A DNA stretch of 64,000 nucleotides, taken from assembly GCA_977862235.1 (NCBI GenBank), contig OZ374557.1, forward strand, positions 3,410,001 to 3,474,000, read 5' to 3'. Source of the stretch: Dudresnaya verticillata. Lineage: Eukaryota. Below are positions 1 to 11,322 of the stretch, piece by piece. Made by a program: the position numbers and the translations under genes. A model generated the notes under the pieces. It saw nothing but the letters and a program-made list of their open reading frames with translations, did no database searches and was not told the origin of the DNA. Numbering within the stretch: position 1 is the first letter of the stretch; each line of letters begins with the position of its first letter.

Positions 1-239
1 TAAAACCTAAGTGCCAAAACCTACCCAGCAGCAGCGGCCGGAGTTGCCACGGAACAGTTTCACCAGCTCACAAGAATTTTCAAGTTTGTTCATGAGCCGT
101 GCCTAAACTGACTCGTTTTTGTTTGCTTATCTCACCGTGCTCACTTCGTATTCGTTTCCGGAAGCACCACTAGCGCGCGCTACCGTGGTATTCCGTATAC
201 TTTTGAGATCGTGCCGACATTTTCAAGTGCAACATAAGC

Positions 240-2061
240 GTGCGCGAGCGGCAAACACTCCTGAAACATTTCCTTCGCGTACGACGTCGTTTCCATTTCC
301 TTGGTGAAGTTCTTGCCATCCTGATACTTATGATGGCTGCTGGAGAGAAGAAGAAAGTCAGGTTCTCTACCGGTAAAGGAGATGCGACGACGAAATCGAA
401 GATGGACATCTCCAAACAGCGACGAGGGAATACCCTGCGCCGTACCAAATCAGGAAACGAAGCCAGCAAGCTCAGTCAAATGAAGGAGACTGAAACTGCT
501 ACTAGAAGGGCTGCTTTGAAGATTCGAATTGCGGAGATTATTAACATGCCCCTTGCGACATGGTGCTGGGTTTACGATGCCGATGCTAATTTCAGTGCAG
601 GGCTGGAAACTGTTCATACAGTTTTGGTTGCTTCGTCTCTGGCACGAAAGGGAATGAAGCAATTCCGAACCAACGAGGCCCGTAGAAATGCTCTGCTCTT
701 CATGGGAAGTGTTCTGAAGAAGCAGGAGATGAGCGGTGACTCTGCTTCAGGGAAGGACTTAAAGCGCATTTACAGCCGCAACCAGACTGCCTTGTGTGGC
801 ATTGCGGCAGATGATATTTCATCCGTTCTATCTCTGCAATGGAAACAGAAAAGCCTGGCAGAAACCAGGGAAAAGAAATCGCTGCCAGTCGAAGAGAAGA
901 TAGACTTTGAGCACGAGATCGCTAGAGAAATGCTTCGCGGTATGGGAGATGAGGATGGCTCTGGGCTTGGATCAATTTCGGCACGCTTGACGCCCTCAAT
1001 GCTTCTTTCTATCGCTATTGCATATGCGGTAGAGAACAAGTTTGCACGGGACTCGGATGGAGCAGCAGAGTTTATACAACGGGTCGATAAGATTCATGCC
1101 TCTTGGCAACGCGTGTTCGTGGATTCACGTTTGTCTGTGAGGGTATCCGACCGCAGCGTTGTGCTTGGCGACGAAACTAATTTCGAAGTGCTGCATCGTT
1201 CTCTAACGGTTTCTTCATTGTTCAAGTGTCTCTTCAGTCTCTTGTTTACCGTGGTTGTGAGTTATGAAGATGGAGAGCAGGGCAGCGAGGGAAAAGACTT
1301 TTCCTTCAAGTCAATTCATAAGACGGCCATGGGATCTTTGCGTAATGCACACTTCGCGATGCAAGGTTGTGTTGATGAATGGGAGAAGCTTGATTCGTTT
1401 CAAGTCGATCTTCGGCTATTGGGAGTTCTGTCTAATATCCTCATTTCAATGCCGCCAATGAATTCCCAGCGCCTTCGAAGCCATCTATTTCAAGCGGAAG
1501 GCCGTACATTCGGAGATCTATGGAAGACATCCCAGGACAAAGAAGAGCCGAGTCCCTATGGACTTGCTACCTGCCATGTGGCGGCAAGATCCTCGGGGGG
1601 TTATCCGGCGCGGGTTGCTTGATAGACTCAGAGAAGAGAGAAGCAAACGCCGTATTCCCAGCTCAAGTGATGCAGTGGCGGCAATTTCATTTGTTACCGT
1701 GGAGGGTATGGGTCCGATTGACGTCACCGTCAAGATCCTGCTACACGATATGCTCGGTATCGTGAAGAAGGCAATGAGAATGGGTCGTAACCTGCGCAAA
1801 GAGCTTGGTCGTTCCCTACCGGACCTTGACTTTACTGTTGAGGGCCCCGAGAGTGTGACCGGAAGCAACTTCCATGACCGATGGATTGCTTCTGTGATTC
1901 AGATATTGACACTGGGAATGGTCGTCCCGCGAACCCGTACCTTGTCAAGTGTGTATGAGGACACAGTTCTTGCCTTCTACATTAACAGACTTGGGGCGGA
2001 AAGTGGAGAGAGACTTGTTCGAGCTCCTCTTCGTGCGACTCGTATCAACAATTCGAAGTAA
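240..2061 (+). pseudogene. Unknown protein; two overlapping ORFs (240-1622, 460 aa; 1558-2061, 167 aa), probably one frameshifted gene
   Basis: Long ORF with protein-like composition overlapped at its end by a second ORF in another frame; no motif recognised. Confidence 0.45.
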
Positions 2062-2747
2062 ACTTGTTGCTGAGTCTGGATCTAATGCGTTACAAGTGTG
2101 AAGAGGATTTTACATTAACGCATGAATTCATGAAGTGCACTTCATGAATGTAGTGAATGCATGAAGTGCACTTCAGACTGTGAAGTAGCTTTTTGTTACA
2201 CGTGTGCCCAATTGCAGCATTTCATAGCCTACTGGTTTCGAGCTGCTAGCAGCTGATCTCCGATTTTCCGCACCTGAAATCTAAGCTTAGACCCGAGGGT
2301 TATGACGAAAGAAGGGCTGTGAAGTTACGTTTTGAGACCTGACGGAACCACAAACGCATTTAACAGTTAAATGAGGCTGAGAGAGCGTTTTCTATCACAT
2401 AGATTTATTCGTTACAAACATCTCACATGTTGCAACTCTTCGAGCTGTCGAGGCCCGTAAATGTTAATATCCACGGATAAGCGACTCCGCGGAACTTAAT
2501 TTTACCGGATGCTGATATCTACGGCGATATGATTTTGGATACTATTCTTGAGATAGAAAGTCCGTTGATACCAATTAATGGACCACCGTTACCTTGAAAA
2601 CGCTTTCATGGACCATCATTCTCATCAACATGATTCCATGGACTAGAGTTCCCGCGAACAATATGTAATGGGCGCTTCGAACGAAAAGCGAGTTTCATAG
2701 GCAAATCTGTAAGCATGCTTACGTGCACGTTTACTGTGAAGCAATTA

Positions 2748-5700
2748 CTAAGAACAACAAGGGCATGTCAGCAGGAGGCAATGAAAATATGCCCAGCTCA
2801 GATCACTCTCGGAAACGTCAATCGGTCTTCTCGGAAAACGCGGAGAAGACTTCGCCTTGGCCTTGAGGTTTAAAATTGACACTTGATATGCTAGAAGAGC
2901 GATGTAGAAGTCCTGTGAGCAGTAACGGAGACTCTTCTCGATTTCTGAAATTGCTCGATTCCTCTGCTCATGAGCAACTGTATTGGACATGTTCAAATTG
3001 TCGTGTGCTGTAGGGAAGTAGCTTGGCGACCAATTGTGATTTAGTGCATGAAGAGCGTCTGATGAGATAGTTGTATCATCAATTGCCCACCACAATGTAT
3101 GCGCAGCGCTGTTGAATATGTCAATCTGATCCTTCCAGTCAAGGGAAGAGTGTACACTGCAAAAGCGCAGTACAGTAGTACTGTGCGTTGCAGTGTACGT
3201 GGACTCTGATTGTCCCCGTCGTACGAAAGATCGCGCGTTTACCGTTGACTTGCTAAGCGCCCGTTCGTCCTGCGCTGGATTCTGTCTAGCTTGTTGTCTT
3301 TACATAAGTAGTCTAGCATGTAGCATCTACTTTGTAAAAGAGGTACTAGTTTATGGGTTTTATCACTATAGGCGTGATGGAGTGCTACGGCTAGGGACTG
3401 ACTAGCTTGGGCTAGTCTACTCCCCGCTTTGGCACAATTCACACCCGGCATTCAAGCTTAGACTTGAACACCCGGTACACTAAAGCGAGAATCCGTTCTC
3501 GCTAGCGAATTGGTCCTTCCGGACCACAGTCTCATCTTTGAGTGACAGAATAAACCGCAAGCAAAGTCATACATAATTTGTCGCGGAACTTGAGCATATC
3601 GTGAGACGATCACATCTAGTACAGATCTTGGTCCTTCGTTCTTCTCCAAAACCTTGAAACCCATGATAATTGGTGAAGAACACGAACAACAAAACGTCAG
3701 CGCCCCCGGAGTATAACTCTTGTTCTTCTGCAAATAGCTTTTTGAGCACACCCCGAATGCGTCATCGTTGGAAACGTTCTTCAGTTCATCATTGAAGGGC
3801 ATGGGCCGCACTTGAGGGTGAGCTGGGAAAAACACTCCAGTCCTGCATGCGAAAGCATATTGATTGTCGACGTTAGCTTCAAGTCTACCAGCGAGAGGTA
3901 TCTCCATGTACTTCGCCCGGAGAGCTGCTAAATTTGTCTCGCTCCATTCCTTCGCGAAGCTGGAAGCCTTGCAAGCAGTAGTAGGCAATCTGCCATAGAA
4001 AGAAGAGAAGTCACCCACCCTTCTCGCGACGTCACGAAGCGTCCTCCCAAGGCAATTCAGAAGCGCTTCTGCCACACCCTCGAAATACAAAGCAGCCGAA
4101 AGACCGCCCCGGAGTAATCGTAGAAACCGCAAAATATTACCCTCCGCATGGCTCTCGAGAACGCTCGTTGCTGAAGTCGTAGTGCCTTCTAGAGCCTTCT
4201 TGACATGCTCAACACCACTAAGGCAGGAAGAAGCAGTATCTATAAGACTCTGTAGCTGCTTTCTCGTAAGTAGCTGTGTACAGGGAGCCTGTAGTAGAGC
4301 CTTGAACAGAGAAGCAAGTCATGACGACCGGCCTTAAGCCAATCTTCTTCTTGATCTCCTTCCAAAGTAAATTCCTTTTTCCACGGCACATCTCGGTTAT
4401 CACCTAGAGTTACAATGTCAGGCCTGGATAGGTAAGATTGCACTACGTGCTTGGCCCTTCTATGTGCTTCGTCCATAGCAGAACTGCTGCTGCGCCGCGG
4501 CACGCGCGTCTCGCGAGACGGTTTCGACAGGTATTTCCCTAGTGATCTGCAGAGCCGCTTCAGCAGTACATTCTCGTCAAAGAGAAGAATTGTGAGATGT
4601 CTCAGCCTCTTGAGCACGCAATCTCCGACGTCATCACTGCAGTCTCCAGCATTTCTACCGCATATGGACTCTTGGTAGTAACCGATTGGAAGAAGATTTG
4701 GGCTGACTATGCGGATTGCAGATACACATGCTGAGACAGTCTGACTACTGATAGTAATTGGCGATCCTTGTATAGCAGAGATGAGTAGCGTAGCTGTACG
4801 TTCACGGCGAAGCAATCCGCAAAGAGGACGTTTCCGAGTTGTATTCCTGGATACCGCCCTAGAAATATTCAACGCCTCGCACGGGTGGGACACGTTGGTA
4901 AACTTTTTGCGCAGTCGCTTCTGATAACCACTCCATATCCCGTCAGCACAAACTGCATGAATCCTACCATCCTGCGTCTCACATGTTGAGCACTTGAACA
5001 GACTCGGTGGAGGAGCAACAACCATCAACTTACACATTACCACGCACATCTTCTGTATCAGCCTAGCACAGCGTCATCCATGGTGTACTTGAAGAATATC
5101 AGCATCATCGGACATAGTTCTCGGCTTCTTCTCCGCCCAAACGTTTTGAGTTGTGATAATAGACGTCTCGTCCAGGAAAGAAATTCTGTCCCGTATGTTT
5201 CTCTCCATCTGCTTCTCAAAGTGCGAACGCGCTGTTGAAAATAGTGGCTGCGTCCTCAGCGACACCCCTGGAACCAAATCAGCATCGATATTAGAAAGCA
5301 TTTCTGAATGAAACTGCTGAATGCGTCCGCTTACTGTCCCATTCGACAAGGATACGCCGGTAATAATATCCCGTAGAAGCACATATGTCGCCCCAGAAGA
5401 TAATGTAAGCAATATAATTCTGTGGTCTCTGCCTTCTGATGAAATGCTTGCGTTGCATAAAGTCCCGCTGCATTCGAATATCTCAACATTCATTCTGCAA
5501 GGCCCAGAACTGCACAAAACAATGCCCTCCTGTAGCTTCCTGCTACTTTCGATGCGGGGGTTGCTGCAAACAACACAAATATTTGGAGCCCTTACCAGCA
5601 GTGCCTCACCTCTTTGAGACAGTTCCAAGATTTGCCTATTCCTCCTGATGCCGTTAGAACAGTTGACAATTGATAACGGAAAGCGGGAGACGGACTGCAG

Positions 5701-7055
5701 ATCTTCCATTGGATCCCATCCTTGAGCATTGGGGGGGGGGCTATCTTCGCACGCTGTTCCTCCGCACCATTAGTATTTACTGGTCCACCATGTGATTGCA
5801 AGGAATGAAAAAGACATACGTGCTCACAGGTAGAAGTGTTGGACAAATCGCAAAACGCACAGATCCTATGATCCCCCTTCCGTGTAGTGCGCCTTATCGG
5901 AATGTACTGCAGCTCATCTGACGAAAGTGGATCCACCCTCGAAATCACAGCGATGGATATTCCATGATGGTCCCATAGAAGAGGAAGGTCCATCATAAAC
6001 GCAGCGCAATCCGCATCGCCATACTTCATCTTGCACATTTCGCTCAAAGCGATCGCACATTCCCTCTTAGTGACGGGTGTGCAGTAGGATATGACAATTG
6101 AAATATCAGTAAGAGGGTAATCAAAGGCCTCGGCGTGGTGACAGCCAGTTTCATCGAATGCTTTCACGGCTGTACGTTTGCGATAGTCTGTGCATCCAAT
6201 ACAAGTGCATCGAATCGCGCCCATCCCATCGATCCAGGTGCAGCATGTATGCCTTTCTCTCACCCTAGATGCAATTCCTTGTCCACCGGACGGAAACGTG
6301 TTTCCAGAAGCTGCGAATCTGGAGCAGATGCCAATAACTGGTCCATGGAGGAGCTCCAATCCATTTCGCTTCTCTCTCCGTTGGACGTATTTGTCTATGA
6401 AAAGAACCATTCGCTTGCTCAGTTCGGTCGTATCAATGGTTGTAGAAATGTCACGTGACTGCCTTATTCCCCGTATCTGCAGGGCCTGGAGCAGTTTCGC
6501 TGAGAACCCTTCTATTCCGTCTCCAGAAAGCGAACAAAAGTAATTTCAAAGCAGGGCCTTGCTTTGCTCATCGTATGACTTTCTAACATAACCCGCTTGC
6601 CTTCTAACACGCCTCCCGAATGAATACCCACTCCCTCTCCTCTTCTGAAATCGCAGCGTAACAACACCGAGTTCATATGGTTGGAGAGGGACAGTGTGAT
6701 AGGACGAGGTGCCTCTAGGATTTGAGAGATACCTCTCGAACAGATCGAAAGACGCGCGTACAACGGATGGTGGGCTCGAAGGGATAAGTCTCTGGGAACA
6801 ACTTTCACCTCCCTTTTCCTCGAACTTCAGCAATAATTCCCTCAGCTCATCAGCTGTGAAATTGAATGAATGCACATCTTCTCCGGCAGCAAGTTCCATT
6901 GCCCTTCCATTGTTGTCGCTGTCACAGCCTTCATCTGATTCTGAGCCCGCAGGAAAGCAGCGCAGAATATCCTCGAAAGACTCTGAAGATGTTTTCGCAG
7001 CATGCCGCACGGTCAGTTGGACTTGGTAGGGTTTTCGCCGCTCGCACGCCCGCAT
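2748..7055 (-). pseudogene. KDZ (Kyakuja-Dileera-Zisupton)-type transposase with cysteine clusters, fragmented
   Basis: Successive minus-strand ORFs (6546-7055, 5592-6410, 5074-5709, 4240-5049, 3458-4132, 2748-3095) give SWIM-like CTCIGC...GCHH, CAFC...CEH, FKCSTC...VCADG, TPGALTFCCSC..IMGF...EGP, IMYDFACGL, and after the LTR insertion SDALHALNH and NTVAHEQRN. This order matches the KDZ catalytic core. Several frameshifts and stops. Confidence 0.75.
3119..3547. mobile_element. Solo LTR (429 bp) inserted in the KDZ transposase
   Basis: Termini TGTCA...TGACA; perfect 5-bp TSD GAATA at 3114-3118 and 3548-3552. Removal restores the frame YDFACGLF|NSAAHTLWWAIDD. Confidence 0.9.
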
Positions 7056-10000
7056 GAACCTGAGGTGTCACGCTTTGTCACTATAGTGCTGCTATAGCAG
7101 TTGCAGCTGCCACATGCAAATCCGGGCGCGGCCCTGCGCTGCTAGCGCAAAGCTTTGCGCTGGAACTCAACGGGCTCTTAGGGAAGTACGCTGCGCTGCC
7201 TAGGTCGCAGTTTTCCTGGGCTCTTGAAGGTGCTTAGTGCCCCGCGGAGCGGTGTGAGCCTCGCACGCTCGCACAGTATGGAATGAAACAAACGGACTTC
7301 AAAACATGTGTGAGTAAGATACAGTGAGAGAGAAACAAGAGCTCTTGTTTGTAAGCGGTGGCCACCGCGCGGGCTGCATGGCCATGCAGATGTCCGGACA
7401 CCAAGGATGACAGATCGCTTCAGCGATTACTCGCGTCCGGGACGCCCCCGGGGTACCGCGAGATATCTCCAGACGCATCTCGCGAAGCACGATGCAAGAC
7501 AGAGATTGAATTGCGCCTATCGATGTCCCATTTCGACTCTGTCATTTAAATTTGAATTGCAGAATTTTCTGAGTCCGAGCGGACAACTGCATGTGCTCTC
7601 TCTGCATATTTTCCATCCCTTCAAAACGACCCCGAAACAGGCATTTTGTAGAACACCAAGGCCGTTTCTCCTTGTTCTTTCGGATCGCTGGCGTGGTAAC
7701 GTCACTTGAACCATTGAAATGGAATGCTGAGAACATTCTCATGACCGATTTCAAGGAAATTTAGGAACCAGCGTGAGGGTTTGCTCTCATGGAATAAAAG
7801 AGAGAGCAATCTAAGGCTATTCGAAGGTTTTGGACACGTATGTTCGTTTATTTCCGTCCTGTGACTTGGTATCTTAAAACAAACCACACACTGCACTTCT
7901 CGGTACCTCACTCCAGCTATCTGAGGAGAAATACTGTGGGTGTTCCATGAAGTCGAAAGTAATTACTTTGCTTGTCTACATAGACGTTTGTGCTATTACC
8001 AGTACATCTTTCTGAACAAGAAACTTGATTCCTAACTTTCAGATTTTCTTCACTTCAACCAATTCATATTGATTAGTGGAACCTAGAAGTGGTTTGGAGT
8101 TGCTTTCTTTCGGAAAAATTGCACTTGTTCAGCACCAATGTATTAAACATGGCAATTTGGGACGGTCAGTCCTGTTCAGAGTGCAGTTACATCCCATCTT
8201 GGACGTTGAACGGGAAAGAATCACGCCGGGAGAAGTAAAAGAGCGTAGAAGAGTTGATTTATGCCACAATTGTGGTCGCAGAATCGTGTATTCTAGAGCA
8301 AGTGACAGACGTAGGATATGAGATCTCGTAGACGAATTCTACAGACAAGGTAGTCCAAGAATAGAATTTTGAAGACTAAAATTTTTATAAACCAAAAATA
8401 AGAGACGAACAAACTGTGAAACGTTTTCTCAAATTCAGTATTTTGCCGGATCTGATACCCATGGGTGCAAGCAGAAAGACCTCGGAAGCTACGCAGAAAT
8501 GATTTGTGTTGGTCCTGAAATGATATTACATGACATATGTCATACTATCCAGTACAGGGTGTACGCGCCTTGCATCCTGCAGGAAAAGAACAGGTACTAC
8601 GATGCACAGATATGATAAAACATCTGTGCTAACACATCTGTGCATCGTAGTCCCTGTCATGAATTCATAAAGTACAAGTACATTACCTGGAGGTTTGAGC
8701 CGCGGCTCACCGCGGTGCATGCGCCAGCGACCAGTGTATTTAGGCTTCGCGGTGAGCTCACCTACTAGTAACATTAACAGCACATGTGTCTGAAAAGAAG
8801 TAATCACAAAGCGTATTGACTATTAAATAAGGTCTACAGACATAATGTCTGAGGAAGATATATTCTTGCAATGTGCTGCAGCATAGCCCGGAAAATGATG
8901 CGGCTAGGCCACTGCCTTCACGAAAGCAAGAAGCGGTAGACAGAAAATTTTGAAAAATAAATCTTGTGTCACCCCACAGAAACCCACCTCACACACCCCA
9001 ATCTCCTCTTGCAGCCAACCAGCCATCGCATCAGTGACAAATCCCGGATTGATCCAATTTCGATTGATCTGAGCGACGACAACTCAAAACTGCAGATCCG
9101 CAGGCCCCAGAATTCTGCACATACTGTACTGTACCCCTCATCAGTCGGGAATCCGCACACGGGCGGATCAGGACGTCTCCACCTACCACTTCCTGTTCCA
9201 TTTCCGAGTCATTCTCTTGAAAACAACACTTCAAGCTCGCGAACCGCGGGTCCCTGACCTATTCAAAGCGTCCATCGCTTTGCGTGCCGCGCGGCCATAG
9301 GAATCGCGTGCTCCGGAAGGTACCACGGCCGAGAGAGCGCTGATGCCCACGTGCAGCGTACGAAGATCCCAAGATCGCACAAGAACTGACGTTACTATTG
9401 TTCTCTTCCCCGTGGAAGCTGTGCAAACGTCTTGGCAAACAGTCGCAGCTGCAATTTTCCTTGGACCGCGGTGTCCGGAACATTGGGCAACTGTGCACAA
9501 ACTGTACAGCAACCACTGCGTCTGTGTAATCCTGTTTCTTTACGGTGGCAAACAGCCTGCAAATACCCTACTATTACTTGTCACTTTGACACAGAGGCCT
9601 CGTCAGGGTACCCAACGTTTGCAAATCGGTGCGACACGACCTATTCGTATCGCGTAGGTTTGCGAAGATAGGAGCCGTTTCTTTTTCTTGTGCGCGTGCG
9701 TGGCGGCAATCACCCCAGACTCAAACGTTTCTGTATCTTAGGATACATTTCGGATTTCAGGCGCAGCTTGTCAGGACACAAAAGTGCACGTGCTGCGTTC
9801 CACACGTTTGTTGTACAATTGCGTCTTGATACGAATAGAGCATCTTAGGATGGATAGGAGGGGAAATGGAGATGCAACACCTGTCCTGCAGCAAAACACC
9901 GTAAGACTATCTGCTTCGGCTTTGCAAGCCATGAGGAAGTGAGGCGCACGGCTATCGCAAGAGCTTAAGGAGATCGGCCGAAACGATATTCTGTCGACGA

Positions 10001-10473
10001 AAGCCCCTAAGCAGCAGTCTTCGTATGCTCAGTTAACCGCTTTGACGATCTCGGACCTCAAGGCCGCTCGTCAAGATCTCCCAAGCTATCCCTCTCAACA
10101 TCATGAGAGCTATCGTACTGAAGAGGGCAACCAGATTGGAAACAAGAGGAGGAGAACGGATCCCTTGTACATATCATTGGCCCACGGCCCAGAGCGGAAT
10201 TGCGAAGGCGCTGAGAAGCAGCGGCCGCCTCGTGCAGGTTTTCAAGTTTATCGCCCTGAACAGGGAGCAAGGGCTCATCCAACTGGGGTTTCTGCAGGTC
10301 CTGCGTGGCTACACGGCTTCCGCGCCGACGGACCCCAGACTCGCAGCAGAAATATGGCGGAAATGTTCGCTGGATTTCCGGCGTGGACAGGCCTTAATCA
10401 GCAACATAACAGGGCGAACCCTAACGATCCCGTAAACCCATCGCACCCTGGTAATGACAACTAGATCAAAGGT

Positions 10474-11322
10474 GTGTTGGAAGAGATTCGAAAATTGCGA
10501 AGTGAGGAATCTTTGAAGGAGAAGCCTGCCCCAAAGCCCAGACGCTCCCGTTTTAAACGAAATGCCGCTGCCCTGCAAGAGCAGTGCTGTGGGAATCTTC
10601 AAGGAATGCGTAACGGTGTGTTGGGGTATGGGTTCGGGAATCAGGGATTCGACATAGAAGTGCCGGAGTCGGATAATGAAGATATGCACACCACGGGCCT
10701 TCAAGACACGCCTCTTTGTTCGAGAACTGGCATTTCGACAGAGAACGGTACAGTGGATGACGTTCATGGATTCCGTCGTCAAATTGAAAGTTGTATTGCC
10801 CCAAACAACGACAATCATGCGTCTTCAGCTTATGGAAAGAACGGAGAATTTAGTCTCGAACAGAAGCAAGTCAAACATTCTATGCAGAAAACGCAACGAA
10901 GGAAAGACAACGAAGCTGACGCTAAGCTTGACGTCGACCTAGAGATACTCCATGCTACAGCAACATTTCCTTCTGTAGATCCGCGGCTGGCGACTGGGTT
11001 CAATAAGAGCATATGGAGCGTTACGTTGGATGAAGACTCCTGGCTGGACCACTTCCTGACGGTCAATCAACCTCTAATGCTTCGGGAAACCTCTGATGCG
11101 AAAGACATTGACGCGTATAGTGATCATCTCAAGGTCTTTTTGTACCTTGAATTGAATTACTTGATCCGACAGGCATTGGAGACGAAGTTTCCAATCATTC
11201 GAGCAACTCTTGAGGGGGCTCCAATCGAAGACTTCCTTGACATGCTAAGCAGAAAGGAAGCAACAATGTTCAAATTCCATATAGATTGGGGCCCAGCCAT
11301 CACGTTTGCTGGTCAATTTTAG
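10474..11322 (+). CDS. Probable N-terminal part of the SF1 helicase gene (frameshift near 11310)
   Basis: 282-aa ORF overlapping the helicase ORF. DIDAYSDHLKVFLYLELNYLIRQALE resembles the helix preceding Sen1-type helicase cores. In frame with 10042-10464 across one TAG. Confidence 0.5.
   Translation: MLEEIRKLRSEESLKEKPAPKPRRSRFKRNAAALQEQCCGNLQGMRNGVLGYGFGNQGFDIEVPESDNEDMHTTGLQDTPLCSRTGISTENGTVDDVHGFRRQIESCIAPNNDNHASSAYGKNGEFSLEQKQVKHSMQKTQRRKDNEADAKLDVDLEILHATATFPSVDPRLATGFNKSIWSVTLDEDSWLDHFLTVNQPLMLRETSDAKDIDAYSDHLKVFLYLELNYLIRQALETKFPIIRATLEGAPIEDFLDMLSRKEATMFKFHIDWGPAITFAGQF

Noticed and set aside
2121..2175. Short perfect palindromes (24 bp at 2126-2149; others at 7144-7161 and 13612-13627)
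   Set aside because: Real but isolated, and no function can be supported from the sequence.
7300..9900. Short ORFs between the KDZ gene and the helicase
   Set aside because: No motifs or consistent frame; possibly a decayed gene, but not supportable.
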